From: Thermoproteaceae archaeon
GTDB lineage: Archaea > Thermoproteota > Thermoprotei > Thermoproteales > Thermoproteaceae
Assembly: GCA_020833025.1 (NCBI GenBank)
Contig: JAJHRB010000003.1
Span: 1-42,980, forward strand
DNA length: 42,980 nt
Reading direction: 5' to 3'
Part shown: piece by piece, positions 8,995 through 18,489 of the stretch
Layout: every line of letters begins with the position of its first letter
Numbering within the stretch: position 1 is the first letter of the stretch
Notes under the pieces: model-generated
Told to the model about the DNA's origin: nothing
Database searches by the model: none
The model's input: the letters and a program-made list of their open reading frames with translations, nothing else
Translations under genes and position numbers: made by a program

Positions 8995-9453
8995 CTACCC
9001 GCTCTTGGCCATGATATTATTATGCTGAGCCGGCCCTAAGAGTTTCTCGACGAGGCTCACGTACTCGCTGGCTCTCTCTATCAGCGGCCTGTGCTCGGGC
9101 TCCTCGCACTGCAGCCCGTAGAAACAGGCGCCGTGCAGCATGTCCCTCGCGTCTATAAAATATGCCGCCCACCTGCTGGCCTCCTCCTCGCCGAGACCGG
9201 CCCCCATGAGAACGCCCTTGACAAACTCGCGCCATGCCATCCCCTCCGGCTTGGCGGGAGTCCCGCGTGTTCTGAGCGCCAGGGCCGTCGTTGCGCTCCT
9301 AACGGCCGCCCACGCCTTCTCTGCCGCGTTTGGCAGGTCGCCGGCCTTTAACAGCTCGGCGGCCCTCCTCACGTAGCTTCTTGCCGCCTCTATGAGTTTC
9401 CTGCACTCAGAGTCCGCTCTCGCCTCGCGTTCCATGCGTGCTGCCTGTGGCAT
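8995..9453 (-). CDS. PaREP1-family (HEPN-like) protein
   Basis: AAELLKAGDLPNAAEKAWAAV and MLHGACFYG match the PaREP1 pattern. Start uncertain (9453 or 9435). Confidence 0.8.
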   Translation of the reverse strand: MPQAARMEREARADSECRKLIEAARSYVRRAAELLKAGDLPNAAEKAWAAVRSATTALALRTRGTPAKPEGMAWREFVKGVLMGAGLGEEEASRWAAYFIDARDMLHGACFYGLQCEEPEHRPLIERASEYVSLVEKLLGPAQHNNIMAKSG

Positions 9454-9776
9454 GTACCGGAGAGATGTACAGGCATATATCAGCTGCATCCCACCTGGCT
9501 CCTGAGACCGCGCGCGCCGCGAGCGCGAGACATCTGTCGTGCTTTACCAGGGCGCATGACGCCGCCTCGCCTCACAGCACGAGGTCGACCCTCCTCATAG
9601 CGCAGCCCGCGGCCCTCATAACTGCCGGCAGGCTGGCCAGGGACGTCGCGGCGTCTCCGAGTCTTGTCAGCTCAGCGAGTCTTGTTGCCGGCCCGCCCCC
9701 TCCTCAACCTCTCTCAAGCCCTCGGCCGGAAGGTATGAGTCCGTTCACGCCGCCGAGGTCTGCAACATCCGCCCTT

Positions 9777-10736
9777 CTACTTAGCGCGACGCGCATTTAT
9801 CTCGCCCAGCAGGCTTTTCGCCGCTAGCCACACCGCATCTCTGGAGCCCAGCCTCGGCCTGAACCCCAGCGCCTTCAGCCTGTCTATCCTCAGCGCTATT
9901 CTCTTGACGTCTCCCGGCCAGCCTACGCCGTGTAGGACCGGCTTGTACACCTTCCTGACGTTCGCCAGCCCCATGGCCTCTATTACCTGGTCCGCCACCT
10001 CGTCGATGGTTATCCAGTCCTCGGAGGCCACGTTGTAAACGGCGTAAGCGTCGTCGGTCTTCTTCCAAGCCAGTAGCGTTGCCTCCACCGCGTCGTCGAT
10101 GTGTATGAAGCTCCTGACCTGCCTGCCGTCGCCGAGAATCTCGAGCTCGCGCGGGTTTCTCGCCAGCTTGACGACAAAGTCGTAGACGACGCCGTGCCTG
10201 AGCCTCGGGCCGACGACGTTGGCGTACCTCAGCGCGACGGCCTTGAGGCCGTACAGCCTCGCGTACGCGTGTATCATGTGCTCGCAGGCGGCCTTGCTAG
10301 CGCCGTAGACGGAGACCGGTCTTAGCGGCGCGCTCTCGTCGACGGGTATCTCGTCCGGCTCGCCGTAGACGCTGCTCGAGGAGGCGAAGACGAGCTGTGT
10401 CACGCCGCTTTTCCTCATGGCCTCCAGTAGGTTGAACGTCGCAACGACGTTCTCGTTGAAGTGCATGTCAGGGCTGGTCGTGCTCACCCTCACCTCCGGG
10501 TTCGCCGCGAGGTGGAAGACAGCGTCCGCGCCGCGGACTGCCCTCCGGGCGTCTTGAGGGTTCTTGAGGTCGCCGACTATCACCTCGACGCCGCTGTGGC
10601 GCGCCAGGTTCTCCAGCCTGCCGCTGCTCAGGTTGTCTATCACTCTCACCTCGTAGCCCTCGGCCGCCAGCCTGTCGACGAGGTGGCTGCCCATGAAGCC
10701 CGCGCCGCCCGTCACGACGACAAGCCCGCCGCCCAT
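9777..10736 (-). CDS. NAD-dependent epimerase/dehydratase (UDP-glucose 4-epimerase-like SDR)
   Basis: VTGGAGFMGSHL, FASSSSVYG, YGASK (YxxxK), LRYANVVGP, GDGRQVRSFIHIDD. Start moved to ATG 10736. Confidence 0.92.
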   Translation of the reverse strand: MGGGLVVVTGGAGFMGSHLVDRLAAEGYEVRVIDNLSSGRLENLARHSGVEVIVGDLKNPQDARRAVRGADAVFHLAANPEVRVSTTSPDMHFNENVVATFNLLEAMRKSGVTQLVFASSSSVYGEPDEIPVDESAPLRPVSVYGASKAACEHMIHAYARLYGLKAVALRYANVVGPRLRHGVVYDFVVKLARNPRELEILGDGRQVRSFIHIDDAVEATLLAWKKTDDAYAVYNVASEDWITIDEVADQVIEAMGLANVRKVYKPVLHGVGWPGDVKRIALRIDRLKALGFRPRLGSRDAVWLAAKSLLGEINARRAK

Positions 10737-10852
10737 CCCGCGGCCGCCCTCCCGGCTTAAATCAATTACTCTCAACCCCTCCGGGACTGGATTTCCCGCG
10801 GCCGGGCGGGCCTCCGGCCGCAAAGGCTTTTAGTCGCTGAGGCCCGGCCCGC

Positions 10853-11407
10853 GTGATACGCCACATAATGATGTCGACCAAGTACGTCAAGGCGCTGCTT
10901 GACGGGAGGAAGACAACGACCATAAGGCCCGGCGCGCTGCGGGTCGCCGGCAGGGTTTACATTCACAGCGGGGGCAGGATAGTTGCCGTCGCCGAGGTCG
11001 GGGATGTCGTTTACAAGCTGGTGTCCGAGCTAACGGACGGCGATGCCGTGGCCGACGGCTTCAGGGACAGGGGCGAGCTGATCTCGTTCCTAAAGAGGCA
11101 GTACCCGGGGCTGCGCGACGACGCGATAGTTACGATAATTCACTTCAGGAGCGTGCAGAGGGTCGACCTGCCAGAGGACGTGCACTACGGCGGGCTCTCG
11201 CCAGTCAAGGTTGCAAGGATGGCGCTGGCGAGACTGAGGCTTAGCAGACGCGAGCGCGAGATTTTAGAGGCAGTTGTCGAGACGGGGAGCGTGCGGAGAG
11301 CCGCCCTCAGGCTATTCGGCACGATTGACAAGCGGAGGGCTATACGGAGAGTGCTGAGGAGGGCCGCGAGGGCGCTCGGCAATGGAGGCACTGAGGGCAA
11401 GGCTTAG
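10853..11407 (+). CDS. ASCH-domain protein with a C-terminal HTH-like extension
   Basis: YVKALLDGRKTTTIR (GxKxxxxR) and DAVADGF motifs. Confidence 0.85.
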   Translation: MIRHIMMSTKYVKALLDGRKTTTIRPGALRVAGRVYIHSGGRIVAVAEVGDVVYKLVSELTDGDAVADGFRDRGELISFLKRQYPGLRDDAIVTIIHFRSVQRVDLPEDVHYGGLSPVKVARMALARLRLSRREREILEAVVETGSVRRAALRLFGTIDKRRAIRRVLRRAARALGNGGTEGKA

Positions 11408-12446
11408 GGCGATTAAACTGCTCGGGGGGCTGCTCAGCGAGGGGGAAAGACAGGCAGCCGCGAGGGACCCGCACGCGAGGAGGCCGCCGAGACCGTGCGG
11501 CATGACCGTGCACACCGGCATTAACTGCCCGCTGGCGTGCGCCTACTGCTACATTTACGACATGGGCTTCTCCGGCGCCGTCAAGCCCTACCCGCTCACG
11601 CCGATCCAGCTGGCGTACGCGATTGCCGTAAACCCCTACGTCGCGATCGGCGCGTCGGGGACTCTTATTGCCGTCGGCTCGGTGACAGAGCCCTTCCTGC
11701 CGGAGACGAGAGAGCTGGCAGTGGGATACATGAGTGCAATTGCCGAGCACCTCGGGAATCCAATACAGGTATCGACAAAGATGCCGCCGCGCGAGCTGGC
11801 AGTCAACCAGAGAGTTGACGTTCTGGTGAGCATCACGGACGCCTCCGGCAGGCTGGAGCCTAGAGCGCCGAGACCCCTCGAGAGACTCGCCGCCGGCGCC
11901 GAGTTGATGAGGCGCGGCGCGAGCGTGACGCTGTTCGTGAGGCCGGTCGTGCCTGGAGTCACCGACAGAGAGATCTCTCGCCTTCTCTCTGTCGCGCGGG
12001 ATCTCGGGTACAGTCGCGTGGTGTTCGGCACGTTGCGAGTCACCGAGAGAATAGCGAGGAGACTTGCCGCGTTTGGAGTTGACGTCACGCCTTACGTCAA
12101 GGAGCTGCATCCCAGGCGCCAGGTGCCGGTAAAGTACAGCAAGGCGGGGCTCGTCAAGCTGGCCAGAGACTGCGGCTTTGAGGTGCTCCCGTCGTCGTGC
12201 GCGTCAAACGTCACGGCCCACGGGCAGGCGTGCGCGCTGTGCGACTGGGGCCCCTGCGGGGACGTGAGGAGGCTGCGCCTTGACGTAGAGAGCGACGTGA
12301 GGGAGTACCTCGAGTGGCGCGGGTACAAGTCCGTCGAGGTTTACGTGAGGGGCCTCCGCATTCACATAAGGGGCAGAGTGGCGCGCGAGGACAGGGTGTT
12401 CGTAGAGCAGGCTACGAGACTCCGCGTGCTAGAGTCGCCACGCTAG
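11382..12446 (+). CDS. Radical SAM protein (SplB/COG1533-like)
   Basis: CPLACAYC (CxxxCxxC), GSVTEPF, VSTK, LFVRPVVPGVTD. Confidence 0.85.
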   Translation: MEALRARLRAIKLLGGLLSEGERQAAARDPHARRPPRPCGMTVHTGINCPLACAYCYIYDMGFSGAVKPYPLTPIQLAYAIAVNPYVAIGASGTLIAVGSVTEPFLPETRELAVGYMSAIAEHLGNPIQVSTKMPPRELAVNQRVDVLVSITDASGRLEPRAPRPLERLAAGAELMRRGASVTLFVRPVVPGVTDREISRLLSVARDLGYSRVVFGTLRVTERIARRLAAFGVDVTPYVKELHPRRQVPVKYSKAGLVKLARDCGFEVLPSSCASNVTAHGQACALCDWGPCGDVRRLRLDVESDVREYLEWRGYKSVEVYVRGLRIHIRGRVAREDRVFVEQATRLRVLESPR

Positions 12447-13577
12447 AGCCTTCTGCATGTTCGCCGGCCAGGTGATGTAGGAGAGTCTTGCCGGCGCTCT
12501 GGAGGCCAGCGCCGTGAGCGCGGCAGCGGCGAGCTCCGGGCTCACTCTCACGTACTGGTCGACTGCGTCGAGAATCTGGGGATAGCCTGTCATCGGCGAC
12601 GCGGTGTGCGCCAGGAATGCAACTATTGCGTCCGTGCCTAGGCCCCCCAGATCCAGAATCTCGGCGCGGACGGCAATGCCGTGACCCGGCGGCACGTAAT
12701 ACACAATCTCGATGTTGCCGAGGTGGCGCAAGTGGGGGTACTCACTAGACTCAAGCACGCGGGCGAAATTCTCGTTGAACTCGGCGAGCCTCTTGCAGAG
12801 CCTGTCCGCCCCGCGCGCGGCCCCTCCCTCGCGATTGCACGCCGGCCCCCTCTCGCACTCCGCGTAGTGTATTTCCGCCCACCGCGGCAAGACGTCCCGG
12901 AGCCTGCCGAGCGAGAAGTACTCGCCGGGCTTGAGCATGACGGAGGCCGCGACCTTGTCGTTCGCTGGCAGGCACCTCCCCGCGATCACTGACAGGTACC
13001 TCGACCTGACTCGCTTCGCGATGCCCACGATACTGGTCCTGCTGAGCTGCGCCGCGCGCAGCATCCTGTCCATCACGCGGTTCACCTCCTCGTACTTGCC
13101 GCCCCTCACTGCCAGGTTGTACGGGAGGGGGTGGAGCGCAATATCGCCGTCGACTATCAGCACGTCGAGCCTCTTAGAGCCCCTCAGCTTTGCGTCGAGG
13201 AGCCTGGTCGCCAGCCTCCTCTCGAGAATTGCCGAGAATCTCGACAAGTCGGCCTCCCTGCTGTCGCTGAAGTAAAGCGCGCCGGACACAAACTTGTCCT
13301 GCCCGCCGCCGGCGGTGCCAACGTAGCCGTACGCCACGACGGCAAAAACGCCGCCGACCAGCTCGAGCGGCGGCGAGGTGTACGACGAGTCTACAGCGTA
13401 AACGCCAAGCGCTCTAGGAGCGCCCGGAATGCGCGCGGCGCTCACGGCATTGCGCAGCGACGCTAGCTCGTCGAGCAGCGCCCCTAGCTGCGATATTCTC
13501 TCCGCGTGCCTCTCCACCTCGTACTGCAGGGAGACCATTAGGCCGGGCTCGATCCAGTAGTCAAGCGTTAGCCCCAC
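12429..13577 (-). CDS. NurA-domain nuclease
   Basis: YAVDSSY, LIVDGDI, IVGIAKRVRS, GYPQILDAVDQYVR are NurA-type motifs. Start uncertain. Confidence 0.8.
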   Translation of the reverse strand: MGLTLDYWIEPGLMVSLQYEVERHAERISQLGALLDELASLRNAVSAARIPGAPRALGVYAVDSSYTSPPLELVGGVFAVVAYGYVGTAGGGQDKFVSGALYFSDSREADLSRFSAILERRLATRLLDAKLRGSKRLDVLIVDGDIALHPLPYNLAVRGGKYEEVNRVMDRMLRAAQLSRTSIVGIAKRVRSRYLSVIAGRCLPANDKVAASVMLKPGEYFSLGRLRDVLPRWAEIHYAECERGPACNREGGAARGADRLCKRLAEFNENFARVLESSEYPHLRHLGNIEIVYYVPPGHGIAVRAEILDLGGLGTDAIVAFLAHTASPMTGYPQILDAVDQYVRVSPELAAAALTALASRAPARLSYITWPANMQKALAWRL

Positions 13578-13675
13578 GGAGCGCTGCGGCTGCGTAATTT
13601 AAGCCCAGCCCCGCACTCCCGCGCCGGGGGCGTGTATCCTGCAGGTAATACCCGGGCGCAGGCCCCTGTGACGGC

Positions 13676-14302
13676 CTAGACCTGCATTCTCAGGAACTCG
13701 CCCACCTCGGCCAGCAGCCTCTCGAGAGCCCTCCTCAACATCTCGGCCCCCCGCTCCGCCGACACCTCGCTCTCCCTCAGGCAGCCCACGACGCCAGACC
13801 TGGAAATCCTGTCCACCCGCATGTACCGCATCAGCCTTGCATCCCCCTCGCACGTCTCTACGACCCTGCCGGCGAGCCTGCCGCCGACAGCTAGATAAAC
13901 GCTAGTCTCGTCGGATCCCGCGTGGTCGCGCGCCCCGATGTAGGCCCACAGATTCACGGGCATGACGCGAGGCCCCATCTCGTAATTGAGCTGTCTCGCG
14001 ACCATGCTCACGGCGTCCCACGCGCCTCCGTGCCCCACAATCACGACAACTCTCAAGCACTTGTCCGCCGCGGACCTCAGCACGTCCCTAATGTACGGCA
14101 CGAAGCTCTCGCAGCTCACGGAAATCGTCTGGGGGTACGAGGAGTGCTCGGCGCTGCACGTATAGTACACCGGCGGCAGGGGGACGCCCCCGAGTCTCTC
14201 CGCGACCTCCCTCGCGACGTGCTCGGCAATCTCGGCGTCAACAGTCGGCGGGAGGTGGGGTCCGTGCTGCTCGTAGGAGCCGACGGGGAGCGCGCAGAAC
14301 AC
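13676..14302 (-). CDS. arfB: Creatininase-family amidohydrolase, probable ArfB (FAPy deformylase, riboflavin pathway)
   Basis: LPVGSYEQHGPHLP, SAEH, VGHGG, DHAGSDETS; divergent from gch3. Confidence 0.75.
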   Translation of the reverse strand: MFCALPVGSYEQHGPHLPPTVDAEIAEHVAREVAERLGGVPLPPVYYTCSAEHSSYPQTISVSCESFVPYIRDVLRSAADKCLRVVVIVGHGGAWDAVSMVARQLNYEMGPRVMPVNLWAYIGARDHAGSDETSVYLAVGGRLAGRVVETCEGDARLMRYMRVDRISRSGVVGCLRESEVSAERGAEMLRRALERLLAEVGEFLRMQV

Positions 14303-14396
14303 GAGGCGGGGGCGGGCCCCAATTTATGCTCTCGCGCCTGCCGTGTAAACTAAAGTTGACACGCGCAACGCTTAAAATAAACCGGTGTTTACTTGC

Positions 14397-15068
14397 GTGC
14401 ACAAGATAGCGCTGCTGCGCCTCGCCGGCTATAGAGAGTGGACCGAGTCGCTGGGCCCCTGGCGCGAGCGCCTGATCCAGCTCACGCAGGCGCGCATTCA
14501 TGCAGCGCTGTGGAGCGCCTTCACGGCAATTGGAGCGCTCCCCCACCACTTCCGCTATGACTACTTGATCGCGCTTGCAAACAACGTACGCGATGCCGCG
14601 ATAAGGCGCGTCGCGCGCGCGGTCTCGATACACTCGCCAGTTGCCGTCGAGCTGTGCATCGGCAGGGGGGAGACGCCGCTGGGCGCGTACGCTAGCTGCG
14701 GCAGGGGCGGGGACCTGCGCGAGGAGGGAGAGGCGGTTGTCGCTCACGTGGACATAGCCGGCAGCACACGCGCGACCTCCAGCGACGGGCCGCTGAGCGT
14801 TTACCTCGAGGTGGTGGAGCTCATGGCGCGCCTCGGCGACGAGTGCAAGGAGGTGGGCTGCATGGTGTTCTACCTCGGCGGCGACAACATGATGGCATTC
14901 CTGCCGGACCCCGCGGCTGCTGGCGGGCTGCTCAGGCGCGCTGGGCTGCAGAGAGTGAGGGCGGGAGTCGGCGTGAGCGAGAGGCCCTACGACGCGTTCT
15001 CCAAGGCAACGCGCGCGCTGGACTACCTAAGGCGCGCGGGCAGGGAGGGAGTCAAGGTGGTGAAATGA
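14397..15068 (+). CDS. gch3: GTP cyclohydrolase III
   Basis: GYREWTESLG...IQLTQA, FRYDYLIAL, YLGGDN; riboflavin gene context. Start placed at GTG 14397. Confidence 0.88.
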   Translation: MHKIALLRLAGYREWTESLGPWRERLIQLTQARIHAALWSAFTAIGALPHHFRYDYLIALANNVRDAAIRRVARAVSIHSPVAVELCIGRGETPLGAYASCGRGGDLREEGEAVVAHVDIAGSTRATSSDGPLSVYLEVVELMARLGDECKEVGCMVFYLGGDNMMAFLPDPAAAGGLLRRAGLQRVRAGVGVSERPYDAFSKATRALDYLRRAGREGVKVVK

Positions 15069-15724
15069 GGCCGTACGTCTATCTCGTCTCAGCAATGACA
15101 GTTGACGGCAGGATTGCGAGCAAGACGGGATACTCGCGGCTCTCGTGCCCGCACGACTTGAGGAGGCTTCACGAAATGCGGGCGAGAGTCGACGCCGTGA
15201 TAATCGGCGCGAACACCGCCATTATCGACAACCCGAGGCTCACCGTGAGGCACGCACCGGGGAGGAATCCAGCGCGCGTGCTTATAGACGGCGCGCTGAG
15301 GGTCCCGACGGCGCTGCGGCTCTTCGACTCGTCAGCGCCTACAATTGTCTTCACCACAAGGCGCGCGCCCGAGGAGAGGGTGAGAGAGCTGAGAGGGCGG
15401 GGGGTCGAGGTCGTAATTGCCGGCGACGAGCTCGTGGACCCGCGCCATGTCCTCCGCGAGCTCTACGCGCGCGGCATGAGGAGCGTGATGGTAGAGGGGG
15501 GCGGGAGGACGAACTGGGAGTTCCTGAGCAGGTGTCTCGTCGACGAGATCGTGGTGACCGTAACGCCGTACGTGCTCGGCCGCGGGGTCTCCCTAGTCGA
15601 GGGCGACGGGTACCCGACCGTCGGCGACGCGCCTTTCTCGCTGGAGCTCCTGTCGGTAGTGCTGTGCGAGTGCGGCGGCGAGGCCGTGCTCACGTACAGA
15701 GTCAGATGCAGGGAGGGGGCGTGA
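15065..15724 (+). CDS. 2,5-diamino-6-ribosylamino-4(3H)-pyrimidinone 5'-phosphate reductase (RibD C-terminal-like)
   Basis: AMTVDGRIA, DAVIIGANT..IDNPRLTVR, VMVEGGG. Start ATG 15065 overlaps the gch3 stop. Confidence 0.9.
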   Translation: MRPYVYLVSAMTVDGRIASKTGYSRLSCPHDLRRLHEMRARVDAVIIGANTAIIDNPRLTVRHAPGRNPARVLIDGALRVPTALRLFDSSAPTIVFTTRRAPEERVRELRGRGVEVVIAGDELVDPRHVLRELYARGMRSVMVEGGGRTNWEFLSRCLVDEIVVTVTPYVLGRGVSLVEGDGYPTVGDAPFSLELLSVVLCECGGEAVLTYRVRCREGA

Positions 15725-16377
15725 GCGCGGTGCGCGAGGCGGTGAGGGCGCTGAGGGAGGGCAGGCTAGTAATGCTGTACGACGGCGACGAGAGGGAGGC
15801 GGAAGTGGACTTCGTCGTGAGGGCAGACGCGGTGACGCCGGGTCTCGTCCGCTGGCTGAGGAAGAACGCTGGAGGCCTTCTGTGCTTTGCCACGACGAGG
15901 GAGGTCGGCAGGGCGCTCGGTCTCGAGCTCCTCAGCGAGGTCTACAGCAGGAGAGGGTTCAAGACGAGGGCGCCGTACGGCGACGACCCGGCATTCATGG
16001 GATACGTGAACCACGCAGGGGTGAGGACGGGGGTCAGAGACGCCGACAAGGCGCTGACGATCAGAGAGCTCGCGAGAGTAGTGGGGCTGGCCTTGAGGGA
16101 CCCGGAGGCCGCGCGCCGCGAGTTTGCCGAGAACTTCTACATGCCGGGCCACGTACCGGTGCTCGGCGGGCGCGTCGGCGAGCGGTGGGGGCACACGGAG
16201 CTTTCGCTCACGCTGGCCGGGATGGCGGGGCTCCCGCCGGCGCTTGCGATTATAGAGGTGCTGGGGGACTACACCGAGGCAATGCCGCTTGCCGACGCGA
16301 GAGAGCTGGCGTCGAGCCTCGGCGTGCCGCTAGTCACGGCCTGGGAGATCCGGGCGCTGCCAGGCAGGCAGCTTTAA
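15721..16377 (+). CDS. ribB: 3,4-dihydroxy-2-butanone 4-phosphate synthase
   Basis: MLYDGDEREAEVD, AGGLLC, TGVRDADKALTI, PGHVP, GHTELS. Start GTG 15721. Confidence 0.92.
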   Translation: MSAVREAVRALREGRLVMLYDGDEREAEVDFVVRADAVTPGLVRWLRKNAGGLLCFATTREVGRALGLELLSEVYSRRGFKTRAPYGDDPAFMGYVNHAGVRTGVRDADKALTIRELARVVGLALRDPEAARREFAENFYMPGHVPVLGGRVGERWGHTELSLTLAGMAGLPPALAIIEVLGDYTEAMPLADARELASSLGVPLVTAWEIRALPGRQL

Positions 16378-16399
16378 TGCGGCGGGCGTCGTGGCGGTT

Positions 16400-16450
16400 G
16401 TGATGACATATCCCCTTGCCGACGCTAGATGACGCTCGCCCCTCAGCTGA
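16400..16450 (+). ncRNA. Candidate C/D box guide sRNA
   Basis: C box GTGATGA 16400-06, 12-nt guide, D' CCGA 16419-22, C' TAGATGA 16426-32, 14-nt guide, D box CTGA 16447-50. Confidence 0.75.
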
Positions 16451-17149
16451 CGGCGCCTGCCCGCCACTCTACATCTTGACCGCGCGCCTTGCAGGCCCTC
16501 ATTTAGCGCCACACCGACGAGGATGCCCAGCGGTCAGCTGCCCGGAGGCGCACTGCCGAGCGGTGACGAGCCCAGGCCCGGCTAGCCCCTCGGCCCCGCC
16601 TCCACCCTCACTCTCTAGGGTCTCTGCTCAAGCAGCGCTTGGCCGTGCGACAGTCTCCTGCCCCCTGAGGCTGCGGAGCAGCCACGCCACAGCCTGCGGC
16701 TTCTGTTACTTAAAGCCGGCCAGTCCAGGCGTGCTCGCGCCTCTGAGCAGGCAGTGGCAGAGGCTCCCGAGATGGAGGCGCCTTCATATTGATGCCTGCT
16801 ACACTCCTCATGCTCTGCCGCGAGCCAGGCACTCCCGCTCGCATGGAGATTTTTGGTCGGGCAGTTTCGCGAGAATCCTGAGGGTCGCATTTTCAGGTAT
16901 CGCGCAACTGCAAGCCGCAGCGCTGGCCGCGCGGGGAGCGGCGTCATGTCGTAACGGAGCGCGCGCTTGCTGCTCCGGCTTGAAACGCCTTCCAGTGATC
17001 GGCAAGCGCGTCGGCAGTGCAGCCGCGCGGTCTCCGGGCAGCTTGTGGACTGCATTTGGGCCGACCGCCGGAACTTTCCGGCTCACTCTCGGACAAAGCG
17101 CGCCGTCCTTAGAGGCACTGCTTTACAGAGTTGAGGTTCGGCGGATAGT

Positions 17150-17269
17150 TGGCGCCCCGGCCGGGATTTTTAGGCGGGTTCTCCCCTGAACCCGGGTCAC
17201 GGGCTCGACAGGCCCGCCTCAGGGTGGGCCAGCCACCTCACCATCCTGGCCGGACTAGACTACCGGGGC
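17150..17269 (-). tRNA. tRNA-Asp(GTC) with two non-canonical introns and encoded CCA
   Basis: Acceptor stem GCCCCGG/CCGGGGC, anticodon arm CGGGC-CTGTCGA-GCCCG. Removing a 25-nt insert at the D-arm/anticodon junction and an 18-nt insert in the T loop gives a 77-nt cloverleaf. Confidence 0.93.
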
Positions 17270-17290
17270 CTGCGGCCTCACTCTTTAGAG

Positions 17291-17304
17291 TTTATAAGAA
17301 TTTT
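17291..17304 (-). promoter_or_regulatory. TATA/BRE of tRNA-Asp
   Basis: Minus strand reads GAAAAATTCTTATAAA, about 22 nt upstream of the tRNA 5' end. Confidence 0.6.
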
Positions 17305-17436
17305 TCCCGCGACAGAGTTCTTGCAGGATTTCCCAACTGCTTAAGAGGTGCCGGGCTGGGGCTCGGCCAGCGCGCCGGCATTACGTACAGGAGCGTGAAT
17401 AATAAAATATATCATGGAGGTGCGCCTTTAGCGCAC

Positions 17437-18489
17437 ATGATAAGAGTCGGCGTTGTCGGCTACGGGACGATAGGCAAGCGCGTGGCCGACGCAATAGCGG
17501 CACAGGACGACATGAAGATAGTCGGCGTGCTGAAGACCAAGCCGGACTACGGCGCGATGCTTGCGCTGCGCCGGGGCTTCCCGGTCTACACACTGCCAGA
17601 GAGAGTTGACGAGTTCAGGAAGGCAGGGGTGGAGCCTGCCGGCACCATAGAGGACTTGATAAAGGCTTCTGACGTGATAGTCGACGCGTCGCCCGAGGAC
17701 GTGGGGCGCGAGAACAAGGAGAAGTACTACCAGAAGTACGGCAAGCCGGTGATATTCCAGGGCGGCGAGGAGGCCGACGTCGCGGAGGTCAGCTTCAACG
17801 CGCTGGCCAATTACGAGGAGGCCAGGGGGAGGCGTTACGTGAGGGTCGTGAGCTGCAACACGACAGGCATAATCCGGGCGCTCACCGCGCTCAGGCTCAA
17901 CGGCATTGGCGTGAGGAAGGCCAGGGTCTTTATAGTCAGGAGAGGGGCGGATCCGAAGGAGTTCAAGAGAGGGCCCATCAATGACGTCGTGCCGAACCCC
18001 GTCACGGTGCCGAGCCACCACGGGCCTGACGTTAAGACTGTGCTGAGGGATGTTGATATTGTAACCGTGGCCGTTGCCGTTCCCGTAACGATAATGCACA
18101 TGCACATGGCTTACTTTGAGCTCGACTCGCCTCACTCGAGAGATGCAGTCATAGAGGCAATAGCCAGAACGCCGCGCGTGTACATAGCAGAGGCAGGCCG
18201 CGGGCTGCAGAGTCTCGCGCAGATTATAGAGCTTGCCAGAGATCTCGGCAGGGCCCGCGGCGACTTCCCGGAGATTGCCGTGTTCGGGGACTCGATAACC
18301 GTCAGCGGCAGCGAGCTCTACATGATGTACGGAGTCCACCAGGAGTCGATAGTCGTTCCAGAGAACGTCGATGCGGTCAGGGCAGTTCTCGGCGCGCTGC
18401 CTAAGTGGGCCTCGATAGAGAAGACGGACAGGTCGCTCGGGCTGCTCGCGGAGGGCAAGAGGTACGGGCAGCTGGCGCCCCGGCCGTAA
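17437..18489 (+). CDS. gap: Type II (archaeal) glyceraldehyde-3-phosphate dehydrogenase
   Basis: [25 protein letters not shown] catalytic Cys, [16 protein letters not shown]. Start ATG 17437. Confidence 0.95.
   Translation: MIRVGVVGYGTIGKRVADAIAAQDDMKIVGVLKTKPDYGAMLALRRGFPVYTLPERVDEFRKAGVEPAGTIEDLIKASDVIVDASPEDVGRENKEKYYQKYGKPVIFQGGEEADVAEVSFNALANYEEARGRRYVRVVSCNTTGIIRALTALRLNGIGVRKARVFIVRRGADPKEFKRGPINDVVPNPVTVPSHHGPDVKTVLRDVDIVTVAVAVPVTIMHMHMAYFELDSPHSRDAVIEAIARTPRVYIAEAGRGLQSLAQIIELARDLGRARGDFPEIAVFGDSITVSGSELYMMYGVHQESIVVPENVDAVRAVLGALPKWASIEKTDRSLGLLAEGKRYGQLAPRP

Noticed and set aside
9490-9776. Possible decayed gene between the epimerase and PaREP1
   Set aside because: No motif recognised in any frame.
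16690-17085. Minus-strand fragments resembling RNase P RNA conserved regions (GGAAAGTTCCGGC, AACAGAAGCCG)
   Set aside because: The P4-pairing element GCCGGCTT lies before ACAGAA rather than after it, so the CR-I/CR-V architecture does not fit.
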